NCBI GenBank assembly: GCA_028700115.1
Contig: JAQVTI010000005.1
Coordinates: forward strand, 22,166 to 54,165
Direction of reading: 5' to 3'
Source of the DNA: Candidatus Iainarchaeum sp.
GTDB lineage: Archaea; Iainarchaeota; Iainarchaeia; Iainarchaeales; CSSED10-239
Length of the DNA: 32,000 nucleotides
Below the pieces are notes generated by a model. That model was not told the origin of the DNA, made no database searches, and worked only from the letters and a program-made list of their open reading frames with translations. The first letter of the stretch is position 1, and every line of letters starts with the position of its first letter. The position numbers and the translations under genes were made by a program. Shown piece after piece: positions 10,351-19,788 of this stretch.

Positions 10351-10722
10351 TTAAGGCCCTCCTGGTCTTTTTATCATATTTGATACTTTTCTTTGTCTCA
10401 TAGAATTTTCTAAACCTCCAGGAGACCCAGGAGTATTACTTTTTTTATTAAGCATCTCTTCTGGAGAACCACCAGCACTAACAAAAAAGAAGTCAATAAA
10501 TATTCCTGCAATTCCAATTGTTAAGAGAACATAAAAAATATACCCAACTCTAAAAATTGGCCAAAAAAAGAACAAAGTTACAAAAAGAGTAATAATTATA
10601 AAAAATATAGACATTTTTTTATTTTCAACCTTTCTTTTAAAAAAAGAAACAATTGCAAGGATAAAAAAAATTTTGATAATTAAATCCATATCTCCTAAAA
10701 ACCCTAAAAACAATAAATCCAT
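10351..10722 (-). CDS. Small membrane protein, 123 aa, with a basic Gly/Pro-rich C-terminal tail
   Basis: Hydrophobic segments (IIKIFFILAIVSFF, MSIFFIIITLFVTLFFFWPIF, YIFYVLLTIGIAGIFIDFFF) then GGSPEEMLNKKSNTPGSPGGLENSMRQRKVSNMIKRPGGP. Confidence 0.65.
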   Translation of the reverse strand: MDLLFLGFLGDMDLIIKIFFILAIVSFFKRKVENKKMSIFFIIITLFVTLFFFWPIFRVGYIFYVLLTIGIAGIFIDFFFVSAGGSPEEMLNKKSNTPGSPGGLENSMRQRKVSNMIKRPGGP

Positions 10723-10798
10723 AAACTTTCTCTTTTTTTCTTTTTTTAATTAATTAACTTGTAAAACAAAAGATATTTAAAGAATAACTTTAAAAAAA

Positions 10799-13700
10799 TT
10801 ATTCCCCAGACATCCCCCCACCTGTTTGATTATATGAACAATCTTCTACTTGTTCTAGACTGTTTCTAATAACATTTAATTCTTCTTCACTAAAATCAAC
10901 TAAATCATTATATCTAATTGAAGTATTAAAAACTGAATTTGAAATACAAATTTCATCAGAATTTCCAATAGATTGAATCAATCCTTCTAATGTAAAGTCT
11001 TCTAAACCAAAATTTACTTTAGAGTTTAATATAAATTCTCTAGATCCTTCTTCTAGATTATCTAGACTATAAAAATATGTATTTGTATCATTTCCTAAAG
11101 AATCTAAAGATAAATTATATTGATTAATTTGAGAAGATGCAGGAACATACATTATGGTTTTTGCAGAAACATTTTCTAAATCTTCTAAACTATAATTTGA
11201 AAAGTCAATAGAATGGAATTGATAAGTCCCACTAGTTGCACTAATTGCAATATCTTTAATCTTCATATCATTATTTTCTTCTAAAATCCATTCTAAAAAG
11301 TTAGTGTTTTCTAAAACTCTAATTAAATTATTACTTTCATTTTCTTTTAAAACATAATTCAAATTATTTTCTAAATTACATTTAGAATCAACATAAACAG
11401 GAACAGGAATTGAAGGCATATAATCTAAGTCTATATATATTTGATCTTGACTATAAGTTTCATTTAAATTTAAAATATTTCCTTCAGATTTTAAAATTGT
11501 TTCAAAATAACTTGATTCAATTCCATTTTCTCTATTATAAATATTTAAAACTACAGGATTATGATTATATGTTTCTACAGGAATAAGAGATATAGAAAAG
11601 TCTTTTGTAACTGGGATATATTCTAAATTATCTGAATTAATATAATTAATTTCAGAACCATAACCTTCTCTAGTATTATCTCCGTTTGGATTAACACTAC
11701 TATCATAAATTCCAATCATTCCATCAATTGGTAGATGGTAATAAACATTATCCTTATATGAAGGAACATCTTGTATTTTTTCTAAATCAATAATAAATGT
11801 TTCTTCAAAATCACCAGTAACTTTAACTTTATACAAACCTACTTCTATAGAATTTTTATTTATTGCAAACTTTCCTTGTTCAATTGCTTCTTTTGAAAAG
11901 AAAGCTTTATTTGTAAATGAATTTGGAAGATATATATTTTCATAATTAACAATATCTTTTAATAAATCTAAAGAAGCTCCATCTCTTAAAAGATAAATAT
12001 AAAACTCAGATCCTGAAGATAAACTTTCATCAAATGTTTTTGAAAGAATATTATAAACTGCTTGAACAGAATCACAATAATATAAAGAAGAATCATCATA
12101 TTCAGAAACATCAGATGTACATAAATTACTCCAAGATAAATTACTACTAGAAAGATCACTCCAGTTATAAATTACTTTTGGTTTATATTCTTCTCCTGAA
12201 TTACAGCCTGTAAGATCATCATCTAAACAATTACCAATAACAAATAAATTTCCATTTTTAGTATAACTTCCAGAACCAATACAAAAATTACCAGTAATTC
12301 CTGTTTCTAGATCAAAAGGTTCTTGTTGTATATTATAATAAACATTAATAGAACTATTCTTTTCTAAACTATACATAGAATTTTCTACAAATGTAAATTT
12401 ATTAGTAAAATCTAAGCTTTCATTATAAATTCCATAACTAGAAATTTCTTCAAAATTCCCAGAAATTATAAGTTCAATAGCATCAGAAGATTCTAAATTA
12501 ATAGATATAAATTCTAATATTAAATCATTATCTGAATTTATTTCAGAATAAAGCACATCATCAAAATCAAAATTATAACTTTGTGTATTATTTACAAATC
12601 CATAATATCTAGATGTAGAACAATCATTTAAAGAATTACAAATAATATCTCTAGTAATTCCTTGTTGATTAATTTCAATTGCATCATCTTTGTTTAAAAT
12701 AAAAATATTAATTTCTTTTGAAATTGTAATTATTTCTCCAGAAACATTCAAATCAAAATCTAAATTTAAAACACCATTTGTTGTTTGATTATCTAAAGTT
12801 TGAATTGGTAAGACAAAACTTAAATCTAGAATAGAACTTCCAACCAAACTATTTAAACTATTATTTAATAAATCTAAATCAATTGAAGCATCTGAACTTA
12901 CATTAATTCCTTCTAAAATAATATCTTGAGAAGAATTTTCTAAATTAAAAGTATATTCTAAATCTAAACTATCATAAACTAAACTAATTAACTCTACATT
13001 TTCACTATTATCTTCAGAGTCAATAAAATAACCTTGTTTTCCTATATTACTATTTAAAAAATTTATTTTTCCAAAATAATTTAAATTAGTAAATGATTGT
13101 AAATCTAAATCTAAAAGAACACTTGAACTATTATGACTTAAAATGATGTTATGTCTATATACAGAATCAAGATATTGACTTTGTGTAACATTATCTAAAT
13201 CTAAATAAACTGGAGCATTTACTCTCAAAGACGAAGAAAGCTCTTTATTTTCATAAGCTTCAAGTTCTAAATTTATTTGTTCAGCATCAAAATTATTTGA
13301 AAAACTATTAAAAATTATTGAATTTATGTTTGCCATAACTTCAGAATATTTATTAATAAAATAATCTTTAGGAGAATCAATTGAATAAATATATTCATCT
13401 TCAACCTCAATTACTTCTGCATTAAACTCTAATAAATCAGAATCAATTATGATTCCAGAAGATATATCTTTTGTAACTTCAATTTCATTATTTTCTATTC
13501 CATAACTTGAATCAAAAACAAAAACAAAAGTTAAAGTTCCATTTGTTAAATCAGATAAAGATAGATTTAAATCAATATCTTCAAGTAAACCTAAACTATT
13601 TGTAGTTCCAATTACAGGATAGGTTTCATTTCCAATTTTGTAATATATTTCAACTTCAGAAACTGGTTCTGAAAAATTATCATAAACACTAAATGAAGCA

Positions 13701-16700
13701 ATATTTTCTCCAACATAAAAATTATTACTACCATTTGCATCTTCTGTAGTAATATCAATTATCATGTCTGCAGAATCAGTGTATGCTCTAATTGGTAAGT
13801 TAATATCTACTAAATCTAAAACATTTGTCTTAACATATGAATTATCTAAAAAGTCCAAAAACCCATTTGCTCTAATTAAAGATTCATTTGTAAAATAATA
13901 ACTAAAATATGCAGAAATATCTGAAATAGTATATTCTAAATCATTTACTATAACTTCATTTTCACTACCAATTGAAATATCTTCTTTTTGATTAAAAGAA
14001 TATTTCAAAAATTCTAAATTATCAGATGTATATTCAGAATTATAATATATATCTTCTAAAACACTTTGGTCTTTTAGATATACAAAATCTAAAACATAAT
14101 TATAATTATTATCAATAAATAAATTATAAAAATCTCCATTTTTATAAATTGGAAATCCTGTTTCTGTTTCTAAAGAAACATTATAAATATAACTATCAGA
14201 ATCAAAAGGTATGTACTCATTATAAAATGGGGAATAAAAATAACCTTCAGGAACAATTGTCCAATTCTCATAATTTTCTAAAATAGGATCAAAGTCAAAA
14301 TCATTTCCTTTATCTAAAAGTGCTTTATATGAAAAAGTATAGTCATCAATATCTGTAATAACATCACTAAACAAAATATCAACAGAAAACTCTAACTCAT
14401 CTACATCTAAAAATGAAAAGTCAATAATTGCAAACTTAGAAAATTCATTTTGTGAAGTATAAGCTAAGTCTGGTTCATAATGCTCTAAAAAATAATCACT
14501 ATTCCAATCTTCTAATTCACCAGAATAAGCATACCCATATGTAAAATCTAAATCATAAGTTGAACTTAAATCAGAAATATAAATAAAATCATTATCTATT
14601 AATTGAGAATTTCCAGTCTTAATCATAACAGAAGAATCGTGATCTTGAGAATAACAAGATAGATATCTAAACTTAAGTTTATATGTATCATCTAATGTAA
14701 AATTATCAAAATCTATTGCATCAATTTCAACTTGACCAGATTCATCAAACAAACCAACAAACTGCAAAGATATATCTTCACATGAACCAAGAGGTGTTAA
14801 ATTAATTGATTTGTAAATAGTTTGTCCAATATACAATGTAATATAGTCTGTTTGATAAGAAGAATAACCTTCTGATTTAATCTTTGCATAAACAACATTA
14901 TCTTCTCCATAGAAAATATAATTTGTATTTGAATCATCTATTTGTTCAGTCACATAGTTTGTAACTAAAGTATGTGATGAGTTATAAAAATTTATATCAT
15001 AATCATTAACATTAACTTCTAAGTTTAAAACACTAGGACTATTACCCATAGTTATAAAAAACTCTAAAAATTCATTTGCATCTAATGTTTTAACAACAGA
15101 TTCTCCAGAAAGTTCTTCAAATGAATTAATTGCATAAGCATAATAGTCTTTATTTGCTCTTTGATTATAAAAATTAACATCCCCATCATTATTTGTAATT
15201 TCAGGTTCTGCATTAACTAAAATATATTCATCTTCAAACTCTCTAAATAAATATACTTTTGAATTACTTAAAGAATATCCTTGTTCATTCTTTACAGAAA
15301 CTCCAATATCTCCAGAATTAAGTTCAGAAGAATATCCTAAATATAAATCAACATTTTGATCAATTCCAGAAACATTATATGGATCAGGAGAAATATACCC
15401 TTCATCTTCAGTATCTGAAACAATTATTCTATAATCATATAAATCTACAATATCAAAATGTGCACTTGATGAATCAGAAACACTAATTCCAGAGTCCTCA
15501 TAAGAAACATTTTCATCTTTTGGTTTATAATATAAAGAAATATCTCCAAATACTTCTTGAGAAGTATTATTTACATCCCATAAATTTACATTTAAATAAC
15601 CTATATTTCCAATAACACATTCTCCATTTGGAAGATGTGAAATATATAGTTGCAAATAAACATTATCACAATCAATTTCTCCATTTACACAAAACATAGA
15701 ATATTTATCTAATGAACAATCTATGTTTGCAAGATCTTGAGCAGTAAACAAAACAAAATCCACACTTGTGCTTTGATTTAGTAAAACATTAAAAGGTCCT
15801 TTTTTAGGTGTAAACAAATAACCTTGTTTATCCACAGAAACTAAATAATCTCCAGGAGAAACATCAAATGAATAACTACCATAAATATCAGAATTACCTT
15901 TTTGTAAAACCATTAAAGATTCATCCACTGGAGTTGATGATATATCTTTATTATAAATTTTAATAACAGCATCACTTATCTTAATATTATCTAAATTTGT
16001 AACATTAACATTAATCTTACCAGTATCATTATTAATTCTTGTTAAAACAACTTTATTATTCTCAGGAACTAATTTATTATTAATAGATTTATAATTTGAA
16101 GAAGTCACACTAACTCTTAAATCTCCACAACCAGAAACTTGTTTTACTTGTAAATATCCTGAAGATATAATTTTAGATTTAGGAATTGGAGTTTTTGATG
16201 AATTTGAACAATAAAATGAAACATTTAAAGTATCTGTAATTACAACATCATTATTTTCAACAAAAGAAATATTTCTTATTTTTTCTTCAGACTGAGAAGA
16301 TAAAAGCATTAATTCAGTATCAATATCTAGAACAACTTGTTCTCTAATTTCTTTTTTATTAAGTTCTAAATCAACCTCTTTTGTATAATAATATTCTTTT
16401 GAAACAATAAGTTTAGCAATTCCTTTTGCCTTAAACTCACTAAACATAGTTTCTCCAAAAACATCTGTTTGAGAAACACTTATGTTTTCATCATTAATCT
16501 GTAAAACTACACTTGCTCCATTTAACATAGCGCCTGTAGTATCACTTACTTCAACTGTTAAAACATAACTTTTTGAAAAGCTAAACACACCAAATATTAA
16601 TAAAAATATAAAAACTAAAATAAGTAAAAAGACAATAAATGAAGGAATAACTTTATCTATTTTGTCTGTAACATTATTTAATCTAATATTCTTTTTTTCT

Positions 16701-17266
16701 AAAAAATCAATAAAATCATAATATTTGTTTTCAAAGAAAAAATAAATTTTCACAAATATATTTAAAAAAGCAATATAGAAAGGTGCTTTTTTAATATCTA
16801 CTAAACTTTTTTCTTTTTTTGAATTTTCAGAAACTTTTTGAATTTCTTTTTTTGAAATCTCATATTTATTTTCAGATTCTTTTTTTGTTTCAACTTTTTT
16901 AATAATATCTTTAGACTTATTTTTATCTTTTTCAAATTTTGAACTAACTATTTTATTTTGTTTAATAGCCCCAGAAAGCTCTGCTAAAATTTGTTTTTTT
17001 GAAACTTCTTTTTTGTCTTGTTTAGATTTATCTTTAGAAACATTAATAGTTTTAGAATTATTATCTTCTCTAAACACAAAGCTTTTTGTTTTTATTAATT
17101 TTCTTAAAACTTTATTTGCTACCTTTTTAGAATAACCTTCTTGTATAATTGCAGAAATTACTTCTTTTTTAGTAAATTTATTATTTTGCTTAGATATAAT
17201 TATAAATAAAGAATCTATATCTTTTTTATTTTTCTTACTTCCAAAAATATTTTTTAAAAAACTCAT
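10799..17266 (-). CDS. Giant (2155 aa) surface protein: N-terminal winged-helix-like segment, basic linker, transmembrane segment, carboxypeptidase-regulatory-like repeats, and a C-terminal module shared with neighbours
   Basis: N-term SLFIIISKQNNKFTKKEVISAIIQEGYSKKVANKVLRKLIKTKSFVFRE; TM PSFIVFLLILVFIFLLIFGVF at about aa 208-229; beta-rich repeats such as LTVEVSDTTGAMLNGASVVLQ and YGSYSFDVSPGDYLVSVDKQGY; C-term YYHLPIDGMIGIYDSSVNPNGDNTREGYG. Confidence 0.85.
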   Translation of the reverse strand: MSFLKNIFGSKKNKKDIDSLFIIISKQNNKFTKKEVISAIIQEGYSKKVANKVLRKLIKTKSFVFREDNNSKTINVSKDKSKQDKKEVSKKQILAELSGAIKQNKIVSSKFEKDKNKSKDIIKKVETKKESENKYEISKKEIQKVSENSKKEKSLVDIKKAPFYIAFLNIFVKIYFFFENKYYDFIDFLEKKNIRLNNVTDKIDKVIPSFIVFLLILVFIFLLIFGVFSFSKSYVLTVEVSDTTGAMLNGASVVLQINDENISVSQTDVFGETMFSEFKAKGIAKLIVSKEYYYTKEVDLELNKKEIREQVVLDIDTELMLLSSQSEEKIRNISFVENNDVVITDTLNVSFYCSNSSKTPIPKSKIISSGYLQVKQVSGCGDLRVSVTSSNYKSINNKLVPENNKVVLTRINNDTGKINVNVTNLDNIKISDAVIKIYNKDISSTPVDESLMVLQKGNSDIYGSYSFDVSPGDYLVSVDKQGYLFTPKKGPFNVLLNQSTSVDFVLFTAQDLANIDCSLDKYSMFCVNGEIDCDNVYLQLYISHLPNGECVIGNIGYLNVNLWDVNNTSQEVFGDISLYYKPKDENVSYEDSGISVSDSSSAHFDIVDLYDYRIIVSDTEDEGYISPDPYNVSGIDQNVDLYLGYSSELNSGDIGVSVKNEQGYSLSNSKVYLFREFEDEYILVNAEPEITNNDGDVNFYNQRANKDYYAYAINSFEELSGESVVKTLDANEFLEFFITMGNSPSVLNLEVNVNDYDINFYNSSHTLVTNYVTEQIDDSNTNYIFYGEDNVVYAKIKSEGYSSYQTDYITLYIGQTIYKSINLTPLGSCEDISLQFVGLFDESGQVEIDAIDFDNFTLDDTYKLKFRYLSCYSQDHDSSVMIKTGNSQLIDNDFIYISDLSSTYDLDFTYGYAYSGELEDWNSDYFLEHYEPDLAYTSQNEFSKFAIIDFSFLDVDELEFSVDILFSDVITDIDDYTFSYKALLDKGNDFDFDPILENYENWTIVPEGYFYSPFYNEYIPFDSDSYIYNVSLETETGFPIYKNGDFYNLFIDNNYNYVLDFVYLKDQSVLEDIYYNSEYTSDNLEFLKYSFNQKEDISIGSENEVIVNDLEYTISDISAYFSYYFTNESLIRANGFLDFLDNSYVKTNVLDLVDINLPIRAYTDSADMIIDITTEDANGSNNFYVGENIASFSVYDNFSEPVSEVEIYYKIGNETYPVIGTTNSLGLLEDIDLNLSLSDLTNGTLTFVFVFDSSYGIENNEIEVTKDISSGIIIDSDLLEFNAEVIEVEDEYIYSIDSPKDYFINKYSEVMANINSIIFNSFSNNFDAEQINLELEAYENKELSSSLRVNAPVYLDLDNVTQSQYLDSVYRHNIILSHNSSSVLLDLDLQSFTNLNYFGKINFLNSNIGKQGYFIDSEDNSENVELISLVYDSLDLEYTFNLENSSQDIILEGINVSSDASIDLDLLNNSLNSLVGSSILDLSFVLPIQTLDNQTTNGVLNLDFDLNVSGEIITISKEINIFILNKDDAIEINQQGITRDIICNSLNDCSTSRYYGFVNNTQSYNFDFDDVLYSEINSDNDLILEFISINLESSDAIELIISGNFEEISSYGIYNESLDFTNKFTFVENSMYSLEKNSSINVYYNIQQEPFDLETGITGNFCIGSGSYTKNGNLFVIGNCLDDDLTGCNSGEEYKPKVIYNWSDLSSSNLSWSNLCTSDVSEYDDSSLYYCDSVQAVYNILSKTFDESLSSGSEFYIYLLRDGASLDLLKDIVNYENIYLPNSFTNKAFFSKEAIEQGKFAINKNSIEVGLYKVKVTGDFEETFIIDLEKIQDVPSYKDNVYYHLPIDGMIGIYDSSVNPNGDNTREGYGSEINYINSDNLEYIPVTKDFSISLIPVETYNHNPVVLNIYNRENGIESSYFETILKSEGNILNLNETYSQDQIYIDLDYMPSIPVPVYVDSKCNLENNLNYVLKENESNNLIRVLENTNFLEWILEENNDMKIKDIAISATSGTYQFHSIDFSNYSLEDLENVSAKTIMYVPASSQINQYNLSLDSLGNDTNTYFYSLDNLEEGSREFILNSKVNFGLEDFTLEGLIQSIGNSDEICISNSVFNTSIRYNDLVDFSEEELNVIRNSLEQVEDCSYNQTGGGMSGE

Positions 17267-17288
17267 AATAAATCACTATTATTAAATA

Positions 17289-19775
17289 TCACCAAGTACT
17301 AAACACAGGAGTAAAAGGCATTCTTATATTAATTAGATTAGAAGCACCTTGTTTTAAAAAATCAAATTCAATAAAATATTGTTGATTATATGCAAAAGGA
17401 TATTCTCCATCTACAAGTAATCTATTTGGATTCCACCAATCAAAATTATATCTAAATTCATTATAATTTAAATCATATTCATAAAGTCCATACAAAGATT
17501 CTTCTTTAGGCACAGAATATGTAAACACTTTGTCATAAGTATAAACAGAATAATTATTTTCTAATCTAGGATTAAATAATTTATAATTACTATTTCCATC
17601 TATATCTGCATAATAAACTTTCAAATTACTAATAGTTCCAATATCTTGACTATAGATTTTAAATTGTTTACTAGTTCTAAAATTTGAAGAAGAATTATCT
17701 ATTAGATATTCTGTAGCAGGTGGACAAAATATTTCACTTCCATCAAAATTATTAAAATTACTATTAAATATACTTGATAATTCATTATAATTTGCAAAAT
17801 TAAAATCTACACTTGTAAAATTATAATCTAATTCTCCAGGTATTTTTACAAAACACCCACTCATATAAATATTTCTAGAATCTAAATTGTTTTCAATATA
17901 ATAATTATCATAATCTAAAAATATTTTTTTAGGAATATAACTATTTGATTTTATATTATTTATATAAACATCCCCGGTATGCCCAGGAAAATTTTCATCA
18001 GGTATTAAATTTTCTATAAACAAACCATTATCTCCTGCAAGACCATAATTAAGATTTATTTTAAATTGCTCAGAAATATTTTCTAAATAATTAATAAATA
18101 AATCAATTGTGTTTCCACCATCTCCACCATTTCCTGCTTCATCATCATTATTAAATCCATTAAAACTATTATCTATATCTTGTATCTTATCTCCACCATC
18201 TCCTGCTTTTCCAGGATATGTGCTAATTTCAAAAATACCTCTATTTGAAATTAAATTAAAATACAAACCATACTCTTGTAAAGAAAAAGATAATTCATTA
18301 AAATAACCATTTGAAGGCAACCCCACATTCCCAGAAAGCCCACCATCCCCTGCTTTTTTAAAATTTAAATGTGACCATTTCTTAGCTTTATCCTTACCTG
18401 TGTTTCCACCTCTACCCCCATCTCCAGAGTATAAATCAAGATAAAAATAAGCATCAGATGCATTAAAAATATTATTTATAAAAATATCAGAAATTCCACC
18501 ATTACCTCCATTTCCACCTTCTCCAAATAAATTATCTTTTCTATGTTTGTTTCTAGTAGCATATTGGTTTCTACCATTTCCACCATCCCCACCATCCCCT
18601 GCAAACAAATCTACATTTAATGTGCCGTAATTTTCAATAGTACTACTTGATAAATATGAAAAACCACCAAGTCCACCATTTCCCCCATCAAAACCTAAAT
18701 CACATTTTGACCAAGTTGAACCAATACTACTTCTACCCATTTCATCTACATTACATCCAACTGCAGCAGTATTAAAAGACATTCCACTTGCACCATTTCC
18801 TGCCTTTAAATTTAAATTTAAATTACCATAATTAAAAATATCTTTAATATCTAAATTTACATCCCCACCATTAGAAGTAATATTAGAATATGTATCATAC
18901 AAATAATCAATACTAATTTTATCCTTAACAAATTTTGTATCTCCTGTTCCATCTTCACAGCTATAAGCAATATCTACAAATCCAGAATTTCCTTCTCTTT
19001 GTAAAAGTTTATCTCCTTCTGTATCTTTTGCAATCATATTTAAATCTAAACTTGAACCATCCATTACTTTTAAACTAATAATATCTAAATATAAATTATA
19101 TGACTCATCTGATAAACCTTTAATATAATTTTTTCCTTCAGTTGTACAAAAATTTCTTTTTGGAAAATCATCAACCATCTTAATATATGAATTTGTAAAT
19201 GTATCTTCTAAATAATTTCCTTCATTATCTAAAACTCCACCAAATTCTAAATTTGCATCTATATTAAAATAAGTATTTAAAAATCCAATATCTGAAATAA
19301 TCCCTGATGGGTAAATTCCAGTTTGAGCAAACTCTCTAACTTTAGAATTATCTGAATTATTAAAAATAAATGTATTTACAGAAAGCTCAATAAAGCTGTT
19401 ATTATTAAAAACAACTTTATTAATTCCATTTGTTATAAAATTAACTTCATTATATTCTTTATAAGATTTAAATTTCAAACCATCTTCATGATTATAATTT
19501 ACAATTACAATATTGTCATTACATTTTTCTGCATTTAATTTTAATCCATAAATTTCTTTATTAAAATACATATCAAAAATACAAGTAGTACTAGTACAAT
19601 CTTGAAGACTAGTATTTGAAACATTTAAATAAGTTGTTTGAGTTAAAGTATTTTCATAAAAATCATCATAATAAGTATATTCTGCACTAACTTTACAAGC
19701 AGAAACATTATAACTTAAAAGAATTATTATTGAAAACAAAACTACTAAAAAAAACTTATTTAATTTCATAAACAT
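17289..19775 (-). CDS. Secreted glycine-rich repeat protein, 828 aa
   Basis: Signal-like N-terminus (LNKFFLVVLFSIIILLSYNVSAC). Central region has repeated (F/I)xNYGxLNxxLxAGxGGxGG-like segments. Confidence 0.85.
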   Translation of the reverse strand: MFMKLNKFFLVVLFSIIILLSYNVSACKVSAEYTYYDDFYENTLTQTTYLNVSNTSLQDCTSTTCIFDMYFNKEIYGLKLNAEKCNDNIVIVNYNHEDGLKFKSYKEYNEVNFITNGINKVVFNNNSFIELSVNTFIFNNSDNSKVREFAQTGIYPSGIISDIGFLNTYFNIDANLEFGGVLDNEGNYLEDTFTNSYIKMVDDFPKRNFCTTEGKNYIKGLSDESYNLYLDIISLKVMDGSSLDLNMIAKDTEGDKLLQREGNSGFVDIAYSCEDGTGDTKFVKDKISIDYLYDTYSNITSNGGDVNLDIKDIFNYGNLNLNLKAGNGASGMSFNTAAVGCNVDEMGRSSIGSTWSKCDLGFDGGNGGLGGFSYLSSSTIENYGTLNVDLFAGDGGDGGNGRNQYATRNKHRKDNLFGEGGNGGNGGISDIFINNIFNASDAYFYLDLYSGDGGRGGNTGKDKAKKWSHLNFKKAGDGGLSGNVGLPSNGYFNELSFSLQEYGLYFNLISNRGIFEISTYPGKAGDGGDKIQDIDNSFNGFNNDDEAGNGGDGGNTIDLFINYLENISEQFKINLNYGLAGDNGLFIENLIPDENFPGHTGDVYINNIKSNSYIPKKIFLDYDNYYIENNLDSRNIYMSGCFVKIPGELDYNFTSVDFNFANYNELSSIFNSNFNNFDGSEIFCPPATEYLIDNSSSNFRTSKQFKIYSQDIGTISNLKVYYADIDGNSNYKLFNPRLENNYSVYTYDKVFTYSVPKEESLYGLYEYDLNYNEFRYNFDWWNPNRLLVDGEYPFAYNQQYFIEFDFLKQGASNLINIRMPFTPVFSTW
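17965..18810 (-). repeat. Imperfect protein-level repeats: beta-strand-like segment followed by a Gly-rich turn (GDGGDGGNG, GEGGNGGNGG, SGDGGRGG, AGDGG, AGNGGDGGN)
   Basis: Direct reading: FNYGNLNLNLKAGNGASG, IENYGTLNVDLFAGDGGDGGNG, SDAYFYLDLYSGDGGRGGNTG, ISNRGIFEISTYPGKAGDGGD, FKINLNYGLAGDNG. Boundaries approximate. Confidence 0.7.
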
Positions 19776-19788
19776 CTAAATTAATTAA

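Noticed and set aside
18109-18306. 65-aa plus-strand ORF rich in Pro/Ser
   Set aside because: Antisense shadow of the Gly-rich repeats (GG codons read as PP/SP); no independent support.
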